From: an uncultured Bifidobacteriaceae bacterium
GTDB taxonomy: Bacteria > Actinomycetota > Acidimicrobiia > IMCC26256 > DASPTH01
Assembly: GCA_964505725.1 (NCBI GenBank)
Contig: CAZDJK010000002.1
Location: 19,426-83,425 of the forward strand
Direction of reading: 5' to 3'
Length of the DNA: 64,000 nt
Shown piece after piece: positions 7,303-17,015 of this stretch. The position numbers and the translations under genes are program-made. The notes under the pieces are model-generated. The model saw nothing but the letters and a program-made list of their open reading frames with translations, searched no databases and was not told the DNA's origin. Position 1 is the first letter of the stretch, and the number at the start of each line of letters is the position of its first letter.

Positions 7303-7998
7303 GTGCCCGGCAGCCTCCTCGCGGTGGAGGACATCGGCTCGAAGTGGCTCTACTGGCCGTGGGTGTCGGAACATCTCGACGAGATCCGCGGCCGGCTCGT
7401 CGAGCACGTCGAGCTCACCGGGCTCGCCCTGTTGTTCGGCCTCCTGATCGCGATCCCACTGGCGCTGCTCGCCGCCCGCTACCGGCGCATCTACGCGCCC
7501 ACGCTCGCGGTCACAGGCGTGATGTACACCATCCCGTCGCTCGCGCTCTTCGCCCTGCTGCTGCCGCTGACCGGGCTCTCGCGCTGGACCGCGATCATTC
7601 CTCTCACCGCGTACACGTTGCTGATCCTCGTGCGCAACACGGTCACCGGGCTCGACGCGGTGCCCGAGGAGGTGAAGGACGCCGCCGCGGGCATGGGCTA
7701 TTCACGTACGCGCCAGCTCCTCCGCGTCGAGTTGCCCATCGCGATGCCGACGATCGTGGTCGGTATCCGTATCGCGGCGGTCACGACCATCGGTCTCGTC
7801 ACGGTGACCGCGCTGATCGGACAGGGCGGGCTGGGCCAGCTGCTCCTCGACGGCTTCGCGCGCGACTTCCGCACGCCGCTCACGGTCGGGATCGTGCTCT
7901 CGTTGGCGCTCGCGGTCGCGGTGGACCTCGTGCTCGTGGGCGCGCTCCGCGTCGCGACCCCCTGGCGCCGGGCCGACCGCCGTGGAAAGGAGGGCTGA
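7303..7998 (+). CDS. ABC transporter permease (OpuCB/ProW-like, BPD_transp_1)
   Basis: Multi-TM protein with EAA-like loop VPEEVKDAAAGMGYSRTRQLLRVELPIAMPTIVVGIR. The GTG start is uncertain. Confidence 0.9.
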   Translation: MPGSLLAVEDIGSKWLYWPWVSEHLDEIRGRLVEHVELTGLALLFGLLIAIPLALLAARYRRIYAPTLAVTGVMYTIPSLALFALLLPLTGLSRWTAIIPLTAYTLLILVRNTVTGLDAVPEEVKDAAAGMGYSRTRQLLRVELPIAMPTIVVGIRIAAVTTIGLVTVTALIGQGGLGQLLLDGFARDFRTPLTVGIVLSLALAVAVDLVLVGALRVATPWRRADRRGKEG

Positions 7999-8001
7999 CC
8001 C

Positions 8002-8766
8002 GTGTTCGACTTCCTCGGCAACGTGGTCTCGTTCCTCACCGACGGCTCACACTGGCACGGCGCCGAGGGCATCCCGACGCTGTTCTGGCAGCACCTGCAG
8101 CTGACGTTCGTGTCGGTGGCCGCTGCGGCCGCGGTCGCGCTCCCTATCGGAGTGCTCCTGGGCCACGTGCACCGCGGCGGAGTGCTCGCGATCAATGTGG
8201 CCAACATCGGCCGCGCCCTGCCCGCGCTCGCGCTGTTGATCCTCGCGGTCCAGTGGTTCGGCATCGGCGAGCCGACCGGGCTGCTTTCGCCGGTGGAGTC
8301 GATCCCCGCGTTCGTCGCGATGTTCGCGCTCGCGCTGCCTCCCATGCTCGCCAACGCGTACGTCGGTGTCACCACCGTGGACGCGGAGGTTGTCGACGCC
8401 GCGCGCGGGATGGGGATGAACGGGAATCAGGTGCTGCGGCGCGTCGAGCTGCCGATGGCCACGCCGTTGATCATGGCGGGGGTACGCACCGCCGCGGTCG
8501 CGGTGGTGGCCACCGCGACGCTCGCCGCGTACGTCGACGCGGGCGGGCTCGGCCGCTACATCGTCGACGGGTTCGCGGTGCAGGACAACGTGAAGGTGTT
8601 CGCCGGCGGACTGCTCGTCGCGCTGCTGGCGATCACGGTGGAGGTCACGCTGGCGCTCGTGCAGCGGGTCATCACGTCGCCCGGTCTGCGTCCCCGACGC
8701 GCCGAGCGCGGCCGCACCTCCGCCGGCCTCGCGGACAGCATCGCCACCGGCCTGGAGGCCGCGTGA
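8002..8766 (+). CDS. ABC transporter permease (second osmoprotectant-type permease)
   Basis: VDAEVVDAARGMGMNGNQVLRRVELPMATPLIMAGVRTA. Starts 3 nt after the preceding permease. Confidence 0.9.
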   Translation: MFDFLGNVVSFLTDGSHWHGAEGIPTLFWQHLQLTFVSVAAAAAVALPIGVLLGHVHRGGVLAINVANIGRALPALALLILAVQWFGIGEPTGLLSPVESIPAFVAMFALALPPMLANAYVGVTTVDAEVVDAARGMGMNGNQVLRRVELPMATPLIMAGVRTAAVAVVATATLAAYVDAGGLGRYIVDGFAVQDNVKVFAGGLLVALLAITVEVTLALVQRVITSPGLRPRRAERGRTSAGLADSIATGLEAA

Positions 8767-8890
8767 CCGATGGATGACTGCACGCAAATATGAGTACTTG
8801 GTAAGGTTTCCGTTCACGAACCGTTTCCGGACGCGTGCACGCGCGCGCAGGCCGTGCCCGAGGGCGAGGAGCGAGGAGCGAGGAGCGAGG

Positions 8891-9805
8891 ATGAGCGAGC
8901 AGAAGAGCTGCACCCGACTGCGGAAGCGCCTGGGCGGATCCCTGGTTGCGGTTCTGGGCGCACTGGCGGTGCTGGGCCTCGGCGCCGCGCCCGGCGGCGC
9001 CGCCACGTCGCTCACCATCGGCGCCAAGAACTTCTCCGGGGCGCAGGCGGTGTCCCAGGCCTACGCGCAGGCGCTGCAGGCGAAGGGCGACGACATCACG
9101 TTCAAGGACAACATCGGCCCCACCGAGGTGGTCTTCCCCGCGCTCAAGAACGGCGACCTCGATGCGTACGCCGACTACCAGGGCACGCTGCTCACCTACC
9201 TCGGCGGCACGCCGTCGGGCAGCTCCGCCGACACCTACAAGGCGTTGCAGGCAAAGCTCGCGGGCACCGGGATCGTGGCGAGCAAGCCCGCGCCCGCGGT
9301 CGACGTGAACGGCTTCTACGTCACCAAGCAGACGGCGAAGAAGTACAACCTCACCAAGGTCTCCGACCTCACGAAGGTGGCGCCGAAGCTCACCTTCGGC
9401 GGTCCGGCCGAGTGCGAGCAGCGGCCGCTCTGCCTCGGCGACACGTCGCAGAAGCTCTACGACTTGAAGTTCAAGGACGTGCGCAAGCTCGACCCGGGTG
9501 GTCCGATCACGGTCCAGGCGCTCGAGAACGGCGACATCGACGTGGCGCTCCTCTTCACCGGGAGCAGCGTGATCCCGAAGGACGCGGTGCTGCTCGTCGA
9601 CGACAAGCACCTCCAGCCCGCCGACAGCCCCGTGCTGCTCATCCGGAAGGGCAAGGCGACACCGGCGACGTTGAAGGTCGCCGATGCGGTGTCGGCGAAG
9701 CTGACCACTGCCGCGTACAACAAGATGTCCCTCGACATCAGCGACAAGAAGGAAGATCCCTCCGACGCGGCGAAGGCCTTCCTGAAGCAGGCCAAGCTCG
9801 GCTAA
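8891..9805 (+). CDS. Glycine betaine/osmoprotectant ABC transporter substrate-binding protein (OpuAC-like)
   Basis: ATG 8891 is preceded by AGGAGCGAGG. Signal peptide LVAVLGALAVLGLGAAPGGAA, then SLTIGAKNFSGAQAVSQAYAQALQAKG...NGDLDAYADYQGTLL. Confidence 0.9.
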   Translation: MSEQKSCTRLRKRLGGSLVAVLGALAVLGLGAAPGGAATSLTIGAKNFSGAQAVSQAYAQALQAKGDDITFKDNIGPTEVVFPALKNGDLDAYADYQGTLLTYLGGTPSGSSADTYKALQAKLAGTGIVASKPAPAVDVNGFYVTKQTAKKYNLTKVSDLTKVAPKLTFGGPAECEQRPLCLGDTSQKLYDLKFKDVRKLDPGGPITVQALENGDIDVALLFTGSSVIPKDAVLLVDDKHLQPADSPVLLIRKGKATPATLKVADAVSAKLTTAAYNKMSLDISDKKEDPSDAAKAFLKQAKLG

Positions 9806-9858
9806 CGGGACGCCACGCCGACGCGGCGCGACACGCCGGCGGCCTAGGGTGCGGCCCC

Positions 9859-10461
9859 ATGGACGTGTTCGAAGCCATGGGGACGTCGGTCTCGATGCGC
9901 TGGCTGAAGCCCGACCCGGTTCCCGACGAGCTCGTCGACCGGGTTCTCTGGGCTGCCACGCGCGCGTCGAACCCGGGGAACACGCAGCCGTGGGACTTCG
10001 TCGTCGTGCGCGACGAGGCAACGCGGCGCGACGTGGCCGAGATCGTCACCGGCCGATTCAGCGGCCTCGGCCGGCGGGCGGAAGGCGGCCCGCAGGAGGA
10101 CGCGACGCAGCGCCGCATGCTCGACGGCGTGCGCTATCTCGTCGAGCACTTCGGCGAGGCGCCGGTGCTCATCTTCGTGTGCGGCAACAACGTGTATCCC
10201 CCGAACGCGCCGCAGCTCCCGATGATGTACTCGGCCGCGTTCGGGGCCGCCCAGAACCTGCTCGTCGCGGCACGCGCGCTCGGGCTGGGGGCCACGTACA
10301 CCACCTTCCACCTCGCGGATCCCGGCGGCATCAAGGAGCGGCTCGGGATGCCGGACGAGACCGAGATCTGCGTGACCATGCCGCTGGGCTGGCCCGGGCG
10401 CCGCTTCGGCCCGCTCACCCGCCGCCCCGTCGACGAGGTCGTCCACTACGACCACTGGTGA
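9859..10461 (+). CDS. Nitroreductase family protein
   Basis: MDVFEAMGTSVSMRWLKPDPVPDELVDRVLWAATRASNPGNTQPWDFVVVRD...AAQNLLVAARALGLGATYTT. This is the C-terminal part of track ORF 8854..10461. Confidence 0.85.
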   Translation: MDVFEAMGTSVSMRWLKPDPVPDELVDRVLWAATRASNPGNTQPWDFVVVRDEATRRDVAEIVTGRFSGLGRRAEGGPQEDATQRRMLDGVRYLVEHFGEAPVLIFVCGNNVYPPNAPQLPMMYSAAFGAAQNLLVAARALGLGATYTTFHLADPGGIKERLGMPDETEICVTMPLGWPGRRFGPLTRRPVDEVVHYDHW

Positions 10462-10468
10462 CCCGTGC

Positions 10469-10508
10469 CGGCCTCGACGCGCAGACCGAGTGCGACGCGG
10501 CGAGGCCG
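10469..10508. terminator. Hairpin between convergent genes (possible bidirectional terminator)
   Basis: CGGCCTCGACGCG (10469-10481) pairs with CGCGGCGAGGCCG (10496-10508), 12 of 13 bp, with a 14-nt loop. No clear U-tract. Confidence 0.35.
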
Positions 10509-10517
10509 AACGCCGGG

Positions 10518-11255
10518 CTACGCGGCGTAGGTGCGGAGCACGCGCAGCGCGGTCGCGCCGTACGGACCACGAGCGACGAGCGCGGAGTCGGCCGCGGCCA
10601 GCCGCTGCGCGGCGACGCGACAGAAGTGCCCGGCGGGCCCGGTGATCACCGACTCGGCATCGGGATCGCCGTAGACCCACGCTTTCCCGTCGGGCGCGAC
10701 CAGCTCGCAGAACACCGCGCGCGGCTCTTCCCCCGTGACCGAGAACGCGTACGGGAGCGACCGGTGCGCGAGCCAGGCGACGTGACGCAGCCGGTCGGTG
10801 TCGGGGAACGCGGCCCCGAGCGGCTCGGCGATGTCGAGGCCATGGGTCCAATGCTCGGCGAGACGCGTGGTGGCGAGCGTCGACGGCGTCAGCGGCGTGC
10901 CGACCCAGGGCAGCCGGGTGTTCGGGTCGGCGGCCCGCAGCGCGTCGGCTGCGGCGCGACGCGCGGTACGCCACCGTTCGAAGACGACCGCGCCCGGCGC
11001 GCGCTCCGCACGGACGCGCGAGTCCATGATCTCGTCCACCGACGCGCCCTCGATCGCGAGGCCGCGGCCGCCGGCTCCGTCGCCCGGCGCCGCGGTGGCG
11101 ACCACCGCCTCCTCGCTCTGGGCGAGGTGCAGCACGACATCGGCGATCGCCCACCCGACGGCCGCCGACGGCCGCGCCCACCCCTCGGCGTCGAGGCCTT
11201 CGAGGATTCCTTCGAGACGATCCTGCTCCGCGACCAGGTCGTCGACGACGTCCAT
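10518..11255 (-). CDS. Maleylpyruvate isomerase-family mycothiol-dependent enzyme (DinB-like, TIGR03084-like)
   Basis: MDVVDDLVAEQDRLEGILEGLDAEGWARPSAAVGWAIADVVLHLAQSEE...TRLAEHWTHGLDI. Confidence 0.8.
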   Translation of the reverse strand: MDVVDDLVAEQDRLEGILEGLDAEGWARPSAAVGWAIADVVLHLAQSEEAVVATAAPGDGAGGRGLAIEGASVDEIMDSRVRAERAPGAVVFERWRTARRAAADALRAADPNTRLPWVGTPLTPSTLATTRLAEHWTHGLDIAEPLGAAFPDTDRLRHVAWLAHRSLPYAFSVTGEEPRAVFCELVAPDGKAWVYGDPDAESVITGPAGHFCRVAAQRLAAADSALVARGPYGATALRVLRTYAA

Positions 11256-11268
11256 CAGGCGCGGCGCG

Positions 11269-12558
11269 TCACCCGCGGGAGGCGGCGAAGCGGTCCATCT
11301 GCTCGACGTGCTCCTTGATCTCGGGGTCGCTGTCGATGAGCCACTGGAACTGCTCGCGCGCGGCGTGGCGTTTCGCCGGCAGGTACTCCCTCGGGAACAG
11401 GCCCTCGTGCGGCTCGTAGCGGCCCAGCAACGTGTTGGCGATGACGTCGAGGTGCACCTCGTCGGGACCGTCCATCATCGACATCTGCGGCGCGCTCGCC
11501 CACATGCCCTGCAAGGGCGTGAGATCGGTCGTGCCGAGCGCACCGTGGATGTGGTGTGCCTTGTACACGACGTCCTTGAGCACGCGGGCGGCCTGGATCT
11601 TGCACGCGCCGATGTCGGCGCGCGTCTCACGTGTGTCGGTGTTGTCGATCTTCCATGCGGTCTGGAGCACGAGGAGGCGGAGCATCTCGACCTGCATGTA
11701 CGCGTCGGCAATGGCGTGCTTCACGCTCTGGTGCTCGGAGATGAGCTTGCCGCGGGAGTAGCGCGAGATGGCGCGCTCGCACATCATGTCGAGCGCGAGC
11801 TTCACCTGGGCTACGGAGCGCATCGCGTGGTGGATCCGGCCACCCCCGAGCCGGAACTGCGCAACCGCGTGCGCGCCGCCCTCGGGACCGAGCAGGTTGC
11901 CGAGCGGCACCCGCACGTTGTTGTAGCGGATGTGCGCGTGGATCCCTGCCCCCTCGAGGAATTCGAGGCCGGGTGTTCCCTGCTCCACGATGAACATCCC
12001 GTTGTTGCACATCACGATGATGATGTCGGCGGTCCTGCCGAAGCTCGAGAACCACTTCTCGCCGTTGATCACCCATTCGTCGCCGTCCCGCTCGGCGTGG
12101 GTCTGGAAGTTGCGCGTGTCCGCTCCGCCCTGCGGTTCGGTCATCGAGTAGCAGGAGCGCATCTCCTGGTTGAAGAGCGGCTCGAGGTACTTCTTCTTCT
12201 GCTCCGGCGTGCCGAACTTGGCGAGGATGTCCATGTTCCCGGTGTCGGGTGCCTGGCAGCCGAAGATCGCGGGCGCAGCGGGGTAGCGGCCGAGGATCTC
12301 GTTGACCAACGCGAGCTTGAGCTGGCCGAACCCGGGACCTCCGATCTCCTTGTCGAGGAAGATCCCCCACAGGCCGCGGTCCTTCACCTGCTGTTTGAGC
12401 CCGTCGAGGTGGTCCTTCAGCCCCGCCGGCAGGTGGCTCCGGCTCCAGATCGCGTACGGGAATGCGAGCACGAAGGGCTCGATCTCGGTGCGGCAGAACT
12501 GCTCGATCCAGTCGAGCTGCTCCTGCCACTCGGACTCGGTGGAGAAGTCCCAGGCCAT
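11269..12558 (-). CDS. Acyl-CoA dehydrogenase family protein
   Basis: ATG 12558 is preceded by GGAAGGGGAGAG. MAWDFSTESEWQEQLDWIEQFCRTEIEPF...SCYSMTEPQGGADTRNFQTHAERDGDEWVINGEKWFSS...IHGALGTT. Confidence 0.9.
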   Translation of the reverse strand: MAWDFSTESEWQEQLDWIEQFCRTEIEPFVLAFPYAIWSRSHLPAGLKDHLDGLKQQVKDRGLWGIFLDKEIGGPGFGQLKLALVNEILGRYPAAPAIFGCQAPDTGNMDILAKFGTPEQKKKYLEPLFNQEMRSCYSMTEPQGGADTRNFQTHAERDGDEWVINGEKWFSSFGRTADIIIVMCNNGMFIVEQGTPGLEFLEGAGIHAHIRYNNVRVPLGNLLGPEGGAHAVAQFRLGGGRIHHAMRSVAQVKLALDMMCERAISRYSRGKLISEHQSVKHAIADAYMQVEMLRLLVLQTAWKIDNTDTRETRADIGACKIQAARVLKDVVYKAHHIHGALGTTDLTPLQGMWASAPQMSMMDGPDEVHLDVIANTLLGRYEPHEGLFPREYLPAKRHAAREQFQWLIDSDPEIKEHVEQMDRFAASRG

Positions 12559-12667
12559 GCTCTCCCCTTCCGGGAACGGCGTCGAGCCGCGTGCTTCTCC
12601 TGCCGTTCTAACAAAGGCTCCCGCGGCGCACCAGACGCGGTCGGCCATCGGGCCGCGGCCAGGAGGG

Positions 12668-13531
12668 TCAGACGTACTGCAGGAGTTGGAGCGCGAGGCC
12701 GGCCATCTCCGCGGGGTCGAACCGTGTGATGCGGGTTCCCGGCAGCACGCCCGGAGCGGGGTCCGTGACCGTGAACCCACGTTCGCGCGCGAGGTCGGCG
12801 CACGCGTCGACGTCGGCGACCTCGCACGCCATCGACGGCAGCAGCCCGGCCGGTAGCGTCGTGGCCCCCGAGGGCTTCAACAGCTCGACCATCACCGAGC
12901 CGACCTTCATCTGGCGGATCACGAACGTGGGCGCCTCGATCTCGGCGTGCATCGGCACTCCGAGCACGTCGGTCCAGTACCGCGTCGACGCCTCGAAGTC
13001 GGCGGGCACGATCGCGAGGTGGTCGAGGTGCTCGAGCGGGAAGCCGTGGACGACGCTCGTCATCTCGGGCTGCACCGCGATGACCGCCGGCGGGTACTCG
13101 AGCAACAGGATCGGGCACCCGATGGCGGCGGTGTCGTGGGGCCGGAACGTTATGATCGCCTCGTCGTCGAGCACTCGCACCTCGCTCTCGGTGTAGCCAC
13201 CCCGTGCACCGAACACCTCGCGCGCGGGATCGAGGCTCTCCACCGGAAACCCGATGAAGTAGGCGCCACCTCCGGCGTCCACCAGGCGTAGGAGATCCGA
13301 CTGAGCCGGATCGGCCTCGACGCGCGCGCGGTCACGCACCCTGATCCACTCCACCGCGCAGAACTGCTCCGGCCCCCCGAAATTGAAGAAGCAGTTGTCG
13401 TTCGCGGTGTCGCCGGCCGGGCCGGGAGGGTTCGCGACGATGCCGAGCCGCGTCAGCGCTTTGTAGGCGGGCTCGAGATCGGTGGCCGCCATGACGAAGT
13501 GGTCGATCCGGTCCAGGTGCAGCTCGGCCAT
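12668..13531 (-). CDS. VOC (glyoxalase/bleomycin resistance/dioxygenase) family protein, two-domain
   Basis: MAELHLDRIDHFVMAATDLEPAYKALTRLG...LEHLDHLAIVPADFEASTRYWTDVLGVPMH. This is the C-terminal part of track ORF 12668..14824. Confidence 0.8.
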   Translation of the reverse strand: MAELHLDRIDHFVMAATDLEPAYKALTRLGIVANPPGPAGDTANDNCFFNFGGPEQFCAVEWIRVRDRARVEADPAQSDLLRLVDAGGGAYFIGFPVESLDPAREVFGARGGYTESEVRVLDDEAIITFRPHDTAAIGCPILLLEYPPAVIAVQPEMTSVVHGFPLEHLDHLAIVPADFEASTRYWTDVLGVPMHAEIEAPTFVIRQMKVGSVMVELLKPSGATTLPAGLLPSMACEVADVDACADLARERGFTVTDPAPGVLPGTRITRFDPAEMAGLALQLLQYV

Positions 13532-13632
13532 GCGCGGCGCTCCTCCGTCGGACGCACCCCGACCGCGTCCCGGTCGGGCTCGCGCCGAAGCTAGGCAGCG
13601 CCCGGGGCGGGCGTCAATCGTGACGGGTCGCC

Positions 13633-14541
13633 CTACGCGGCCGGCCCTCGCGCGACCAGCGTGGCGTCCCAGCCGCCCGATCGCGCCGCGGTCGCATACA
13701 CGCTCTCGAAGAACTCCCGCACGAGCGCACCGGGATCGGCGGTGCCGCGCACGTCGTCGTAGTCGAGGATGTGCTCGCCGAGGTCGGTGTCCCAGTACGC
13801 GGCCGGAGGTTGCACGCCGGCCTGCTCGACGTCGGGGGGCTTCGGGTACGCATAGGCGTAGAAGGCCGGGCGCGGGAAGCGATCGCTGCCCGGCCACCAT
13901 CCCGCGCTCATCTGCTCGAGGTCGTAGGTCCCGCGCAGCAGGAAGTCGGCGCCGGGCGGCGGCTGGCAAGGTGCCCCGGAGAACCGGGTGACCGCGAGGT
14001 CCATGCTCCCCCAGAAGAAGTGCACGGGCGTGACGCGCCCGGTGAACGCAGCGCGGTACTCCCCGAACACCGGTTGGAGCAGCGTGAGGATGCGCCAGAA
14101 GCGGTGCGCCAGCTCGGGCTCGTAGATTTGGTGCAAGTCGTCGTCGGGGAACGGGATCGGGTCGGGCACCTCCTGCGGCATCGTCGGCAGGTCGACGTCG
14201 ACGCCGATCGCGGGCAGCGCGGCGACGAAGTCGCGCCAGAAGTGCGCGACCGGCCGCGCCGTGAGCGCCACCGTGCGAGGCTCGCCCGCGCTGGGGCGCA
14301 GCACGACCTGATGATCGACGAGGTCGGCCTCCACCTCGAAGATGCCCGCCGGATGCGGCACCGGCCCGGTGGTGATGCCGCGGGACGTCACGTACAGCGC
14401 CACGTGCCCCCACTCGGGCTCCTTCGGCGACAATGCCACGCGCACCTTGCCCAGGATCTGCAGCTCCATGTGGAGCGTGGCCAAGGTGTCGTTCCAGTCG
14501 CCGTAGGCAAGCTCGGGCCACGGGCCGGAGGGGCTGGTCAC
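13633..14541 (-). CDS. DUF5996-like conserved protein
   Basis: VTSPSGPWPELAYGDWNDTLATLHMELQILGKVRVALSP...VHFFWGSMDLAVTRFSG. GTG 14541 overlaps the stop of the upstream gene (GTGA). Confidence 0.7.
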   Translation of the reverse strand: MTSPSGPWPELAYGDWNDTLATLHMELQILGKVRVALSPKEPEWGHVALYVTSRGITTGPVPHPAGIFEVEADLVDHQVVLRPSAGEPRTVALTARPVAHFWRDFVAALPAIGVDVDLPTMPQEVPDPIPFPDDDLHQIYEPELAHRFWRILTLLQPVFGEYRAAFTGRVTPVHFFWGSMDLAVTRFSGAPCQPPPGADFLLRGTYDLEQMSAGWWPGSDRFPRPAFYAYAYPKPPDVEQAGVQPPAAYWDTDLGEHILDYDDVRGTADPGALVREFFESVYATAARSGGWDATLVARGPAA

Positions 14542-14789
14542 TGCCGGTAGCCCTCGACGACGTTCGGGTCGCGCGCCTCGGCGAGGTCGGGATCCTGCCC
14601 CGCGTTGCGGCGCGCGCGTCGTTGGCGCAGGAGATCCCACAGCTGGTCGAGCTGGACCTCGAGCGCGTGCATCCGCTCGCGCTCTTCGGTGCTGAGCGTC
14701 GAGCCTTCGCGATGGCGCCGCTCGAGCGAGTGCTCTTCGTCGACGAGCTGGTCGATGCGCTCGATGATCTCGTGATCTCGATCGGGCAT
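14538..14789 (-). CDS. DUF2630-like small protein
   Basis: MPDRDHEIIERIDQLVDEEHSLERRH...LEVQLDQLWDLLRQRRARRNAGQDPDLAEARDPNVVEGYRQ. Confidence 0.75.
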   Translation of the reverse strand: MPDRDHEIIERIDQLVDEEHSLERRHREGSTLSTEERERMHALEVQLDQLWDLLRQRRARRNAGQDPDLAEARDPNVVEGYRQ

Positions 14790-14919
14790 GGCCGTCTCCC
14801 GTCTCGTGATCCCTGCCCGCGCACGCTACTGCGCGCGCCGCGCGACAGGTAGTCGTCAGCGATGCCGCGCGAGCACCGACGGCGACCGCGAGCGGCCGGG
14901 TCATGGCTACGCTTGCGCG

Positions 14920-15315
14920 GTGGCGTCCGACGCGAGCTTCGTGGGGAGCAGCGCCTTCCTCCGCTGGTTCCCGAAGGTCATGCTCGCGCTCGCCGTGTTC
15001 GTGCTCGTGAGCGGCTGGCCCCGTTCCATCCAGTGGGCGGTGCTCCTCGCGGTGGGCGCCTACGTGTACGGCCGGTGGCTGCCGTGGCGCTTCGACGTGC
15101 TCGACGAGGGCATCGCGCTCACGTTCGCGTTCGGCCGTCACCTGTTCCTACCCAAGCGATCGACCACGGTGCGGCTCGAGCACGTCGGAGCGCTCGCGCT
15201 CCCGCAGAATCGCCGGCGGCTCGGCTACCCGCTCGCCAACGGTCTTGGGTTCCGCCCCGACCGCGAGCGCGGGATGCGGCTCGCGCTCCTGTTGCACGGG
15301 TACCGGATCACCTGA
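14920..15315 (+). CDS. Hypothetical membrane protein
   Basis: GTG 14920. FLRWFPKVMLALAVFVLVSGWPRSIQWAVLLAVGAYVYGRWLPW (two TM helices) followed by a soluble tail. The start is uncertain. Its 3' end overlaps the convergent GT2 gene by 8 nt. Confidence 0.4.
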   Translation: MASDASFVGSSAFLRWFPKVMLALAVFVLVSGWPRSIQWAVLLAVGAYVYGRWLPWRFDVLDEGIALTFAFGRHLFLPKRSTTVRLEHVGALALPQNRRRLGYPLANGLGFRPDRERGMRLALLLHGYRIT

Positions 15316-16102
15316 TCCTCGGTCCGAGCTCGCGCACGAGGCGCGTGATCCCGCGCAGGTCGTCCCGAGCCGTCTGCACGATCCTCACCCGCGAGTCGGG
15401 ATCCTCCACCCAGTGGATGGGCAGCTCGAGCAACCGGTAGCCGCGACGCTCGGCCCGCACGAGCAGCTCGGTGTCGAAGAACCACCCGCCGTCCTCGACC
15501 TCCGGGAGGAGCGCGCGTGCTAGGTCGGAGCGGACGGCCTTGAAACCGCACTGCGCGTCGTGCACGGCGGTGCCGAGCGCGGTGCGCATGATCACGCTGT
15601 ACCAGCGTGAGATCACCTCGCGCCGCCGACTGCGCACGACGTGGGAGCCCGCGAGGAGACGCGAGCCGAACGTGATGTCGGCCTCGTCGGACAGCAGCGG
15701 GCCCAGGAGCGCGACGAGCGAGCGCAAGGACGTCGACAGGTCGACGTCGGTGTAGGCGCAGACCAGTGCATCGCTCTCCGACCACGCCTGCTTCAGCGCG
15801 TTGCCGCGCCCCGCTCGATGGAGTCACAGCGCGCGCGTCGCGGGCAGCCGCCCCGCCAGGTGCCGGGCCACCTTCGACGTGCCGTCGGTCGAGCCGTTCT
15901 CCGCGATCGTGACCCGCCACGAGAAGGGCAGGTCGGCCAGCGCCCGGTGCAGTCGTGTGATCTGGCGATCGAGCACGTGCGCCTCGTTGTGGACGGGCAC
16001 GACCAGGTCGAGCACGGGCGACGCGGTGCCGTGGGGGTCGAGGGCCGCCGCGCCCGCGGGACCGACCGAGACCGCTGCTGTTGCCGCGTCGTTGGTCTCC
16101 AT
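15308..16102 (-). pseudogene. Family 2 glycosyltransferase (polyprenol-phosphate sugar synthase-like) interrupted by one in-frame TGA at 15824-15826
   Basis: Track ORFs 15824..16516 and 15308..15727 are in the same frame. The translation reads ...VLDLVVPVHNEAHVLDRQITRLH..ENGSTDGTSKVARHLAGRLPATRAL*LHRAGRGNALKQAWSESDALVCAYTDVDLSTSLRSLVALL...DAQCGFKAVR.., an intact GT2 architecture across the stop. Confidence 0.75.
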
Positions 16103-16259
16103 CGGGCCGCTCGCTCGGGTCGTCGCCGGGTTCCGGACCGAGAGCGTGGACCACCGGCCCCGCGCGAGCAAGCGGGCCCGCGCCGCGGCGCTCGACCGCA
16201 CCGCCCGGCCGTGCTCCCCGTGTGAGGAGCCGCGGGAGCGCGGGGTACCGTGACCGGCC

Positions 16260-17000
16260 ATGTCCACGCTCGTGCTGCTGCGCCACGGCGAGAGCGAGTG
16301 GAACCTCGCGAACCGGTTCACCGGCTGGGTCGACGTCGACCTGAGCCCGGCGGGAGAGCGCGAAGCCGAGCACGCCGGCGAGCTCCTCCGGGACGCAGGG
16401 ATCCTGCCCGACGTGGTGCACACGTCGCTCCAGAAGCGCGCGATCCGCAGCGCCGAGATCGCGTTGCGCGTGATCGACCGCGCGTGGATCCCGGTGCGTC
16501 GCTCATGGCGACTCAACGAGCGGCACTACGGCGCGCTGCAGGGGTCGAACAAGAAGGAGATGAGCGAGCGCTACGGCGCGGAGCAGGTGTTCCAGTGGCG
16601 GCGCTCGTACGCCACTCCCCCGCCGCCGCTCGACGCGGCGGCGCTCGCCGAGCAGCGCGCCGACCCGCGCTACGCCGACCTCCCCGACGACGTGCTCCCC
16701 GCGTCCGAGTGCCTCGCCGACGTGGTGGCGCGGATGCTGCCGTACTGGTACGACGACATCGTCCCCGACCTGCGTGACGGGAGGTGCGTCCTCGTGGCCG
16801 CGCACGGCAACTCGCTGCGCGCCCTCGTGAAGCACCTCGACGGCGTGTCCGACGACGACATCACCGGCGTCGACATCCCCACCGGGATCCCGTTCGTGTA
16901 CGAGCTCGACGCGCACCTGGCCGCCGCTTCGGGCCTCCGCTACCTCGATCCGGAGGCCGCGCGGGTCGCCGCCGAGAAGGTGGCCCGCCAGGCAGGGTGA
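16260..17000 (+). CDS. gpmA: 2,3-bisphosphoglycerate-dependent phosphoglycerate mutase
   Basis: [36 protein letters not shown]...[30 protein letters not shown]. Confidence 0.95.
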   Translation: MSTLVLLRHGESEWNLANRFTGWVDVDLSPAGEREAEHAGELLRDAGILPDVVHTSLQKRAIRSAEIALRVIDRAWIPVRRSWRLNERHYGALQGSNKKEMSERYGAEQVFQWRRSYATPPPPLDAAALAEQRADPRYADLPDDVLPASECLADVVARMLPYWYDDIVPDLRDGRCVLVAAHGNSLRALVKHLDGVSDDDITGVDIPTGIPFVYELDAHLAAASGLRYLDPEAARVAAEKVARQAG

Positions 17001-17015
17001 GATAGCCTCGGCTCC

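Noticed and set aside
7236-7334. The longer start (ATG 7334) for the CBS-domain ABC ATPase.
   Set aside because: It adds a non-conserved 33-aa leader and overlaps the divergent permease gene. The canonical ATPase N-terminus MIRLDAVSKRF begins at ATG 7235.
6303-8777. Very long ORFs on the strand opposite to, or out of frame with, recognised genes. Examples are 6303..8777 (824 aa), 45717..49238 (1173 aa), 10798..12729, 19090..20379, 35406..36644 and 55580..58135.
   Set aside because: Their translations are Arg/Pro/Gly/Ala/Ser-rich and low-complexity, with no motifs. They overlap genes that have clear family signatures and correct GC3 phasing. These are the typical shadow ORFs of a roughly 70% GC genome.
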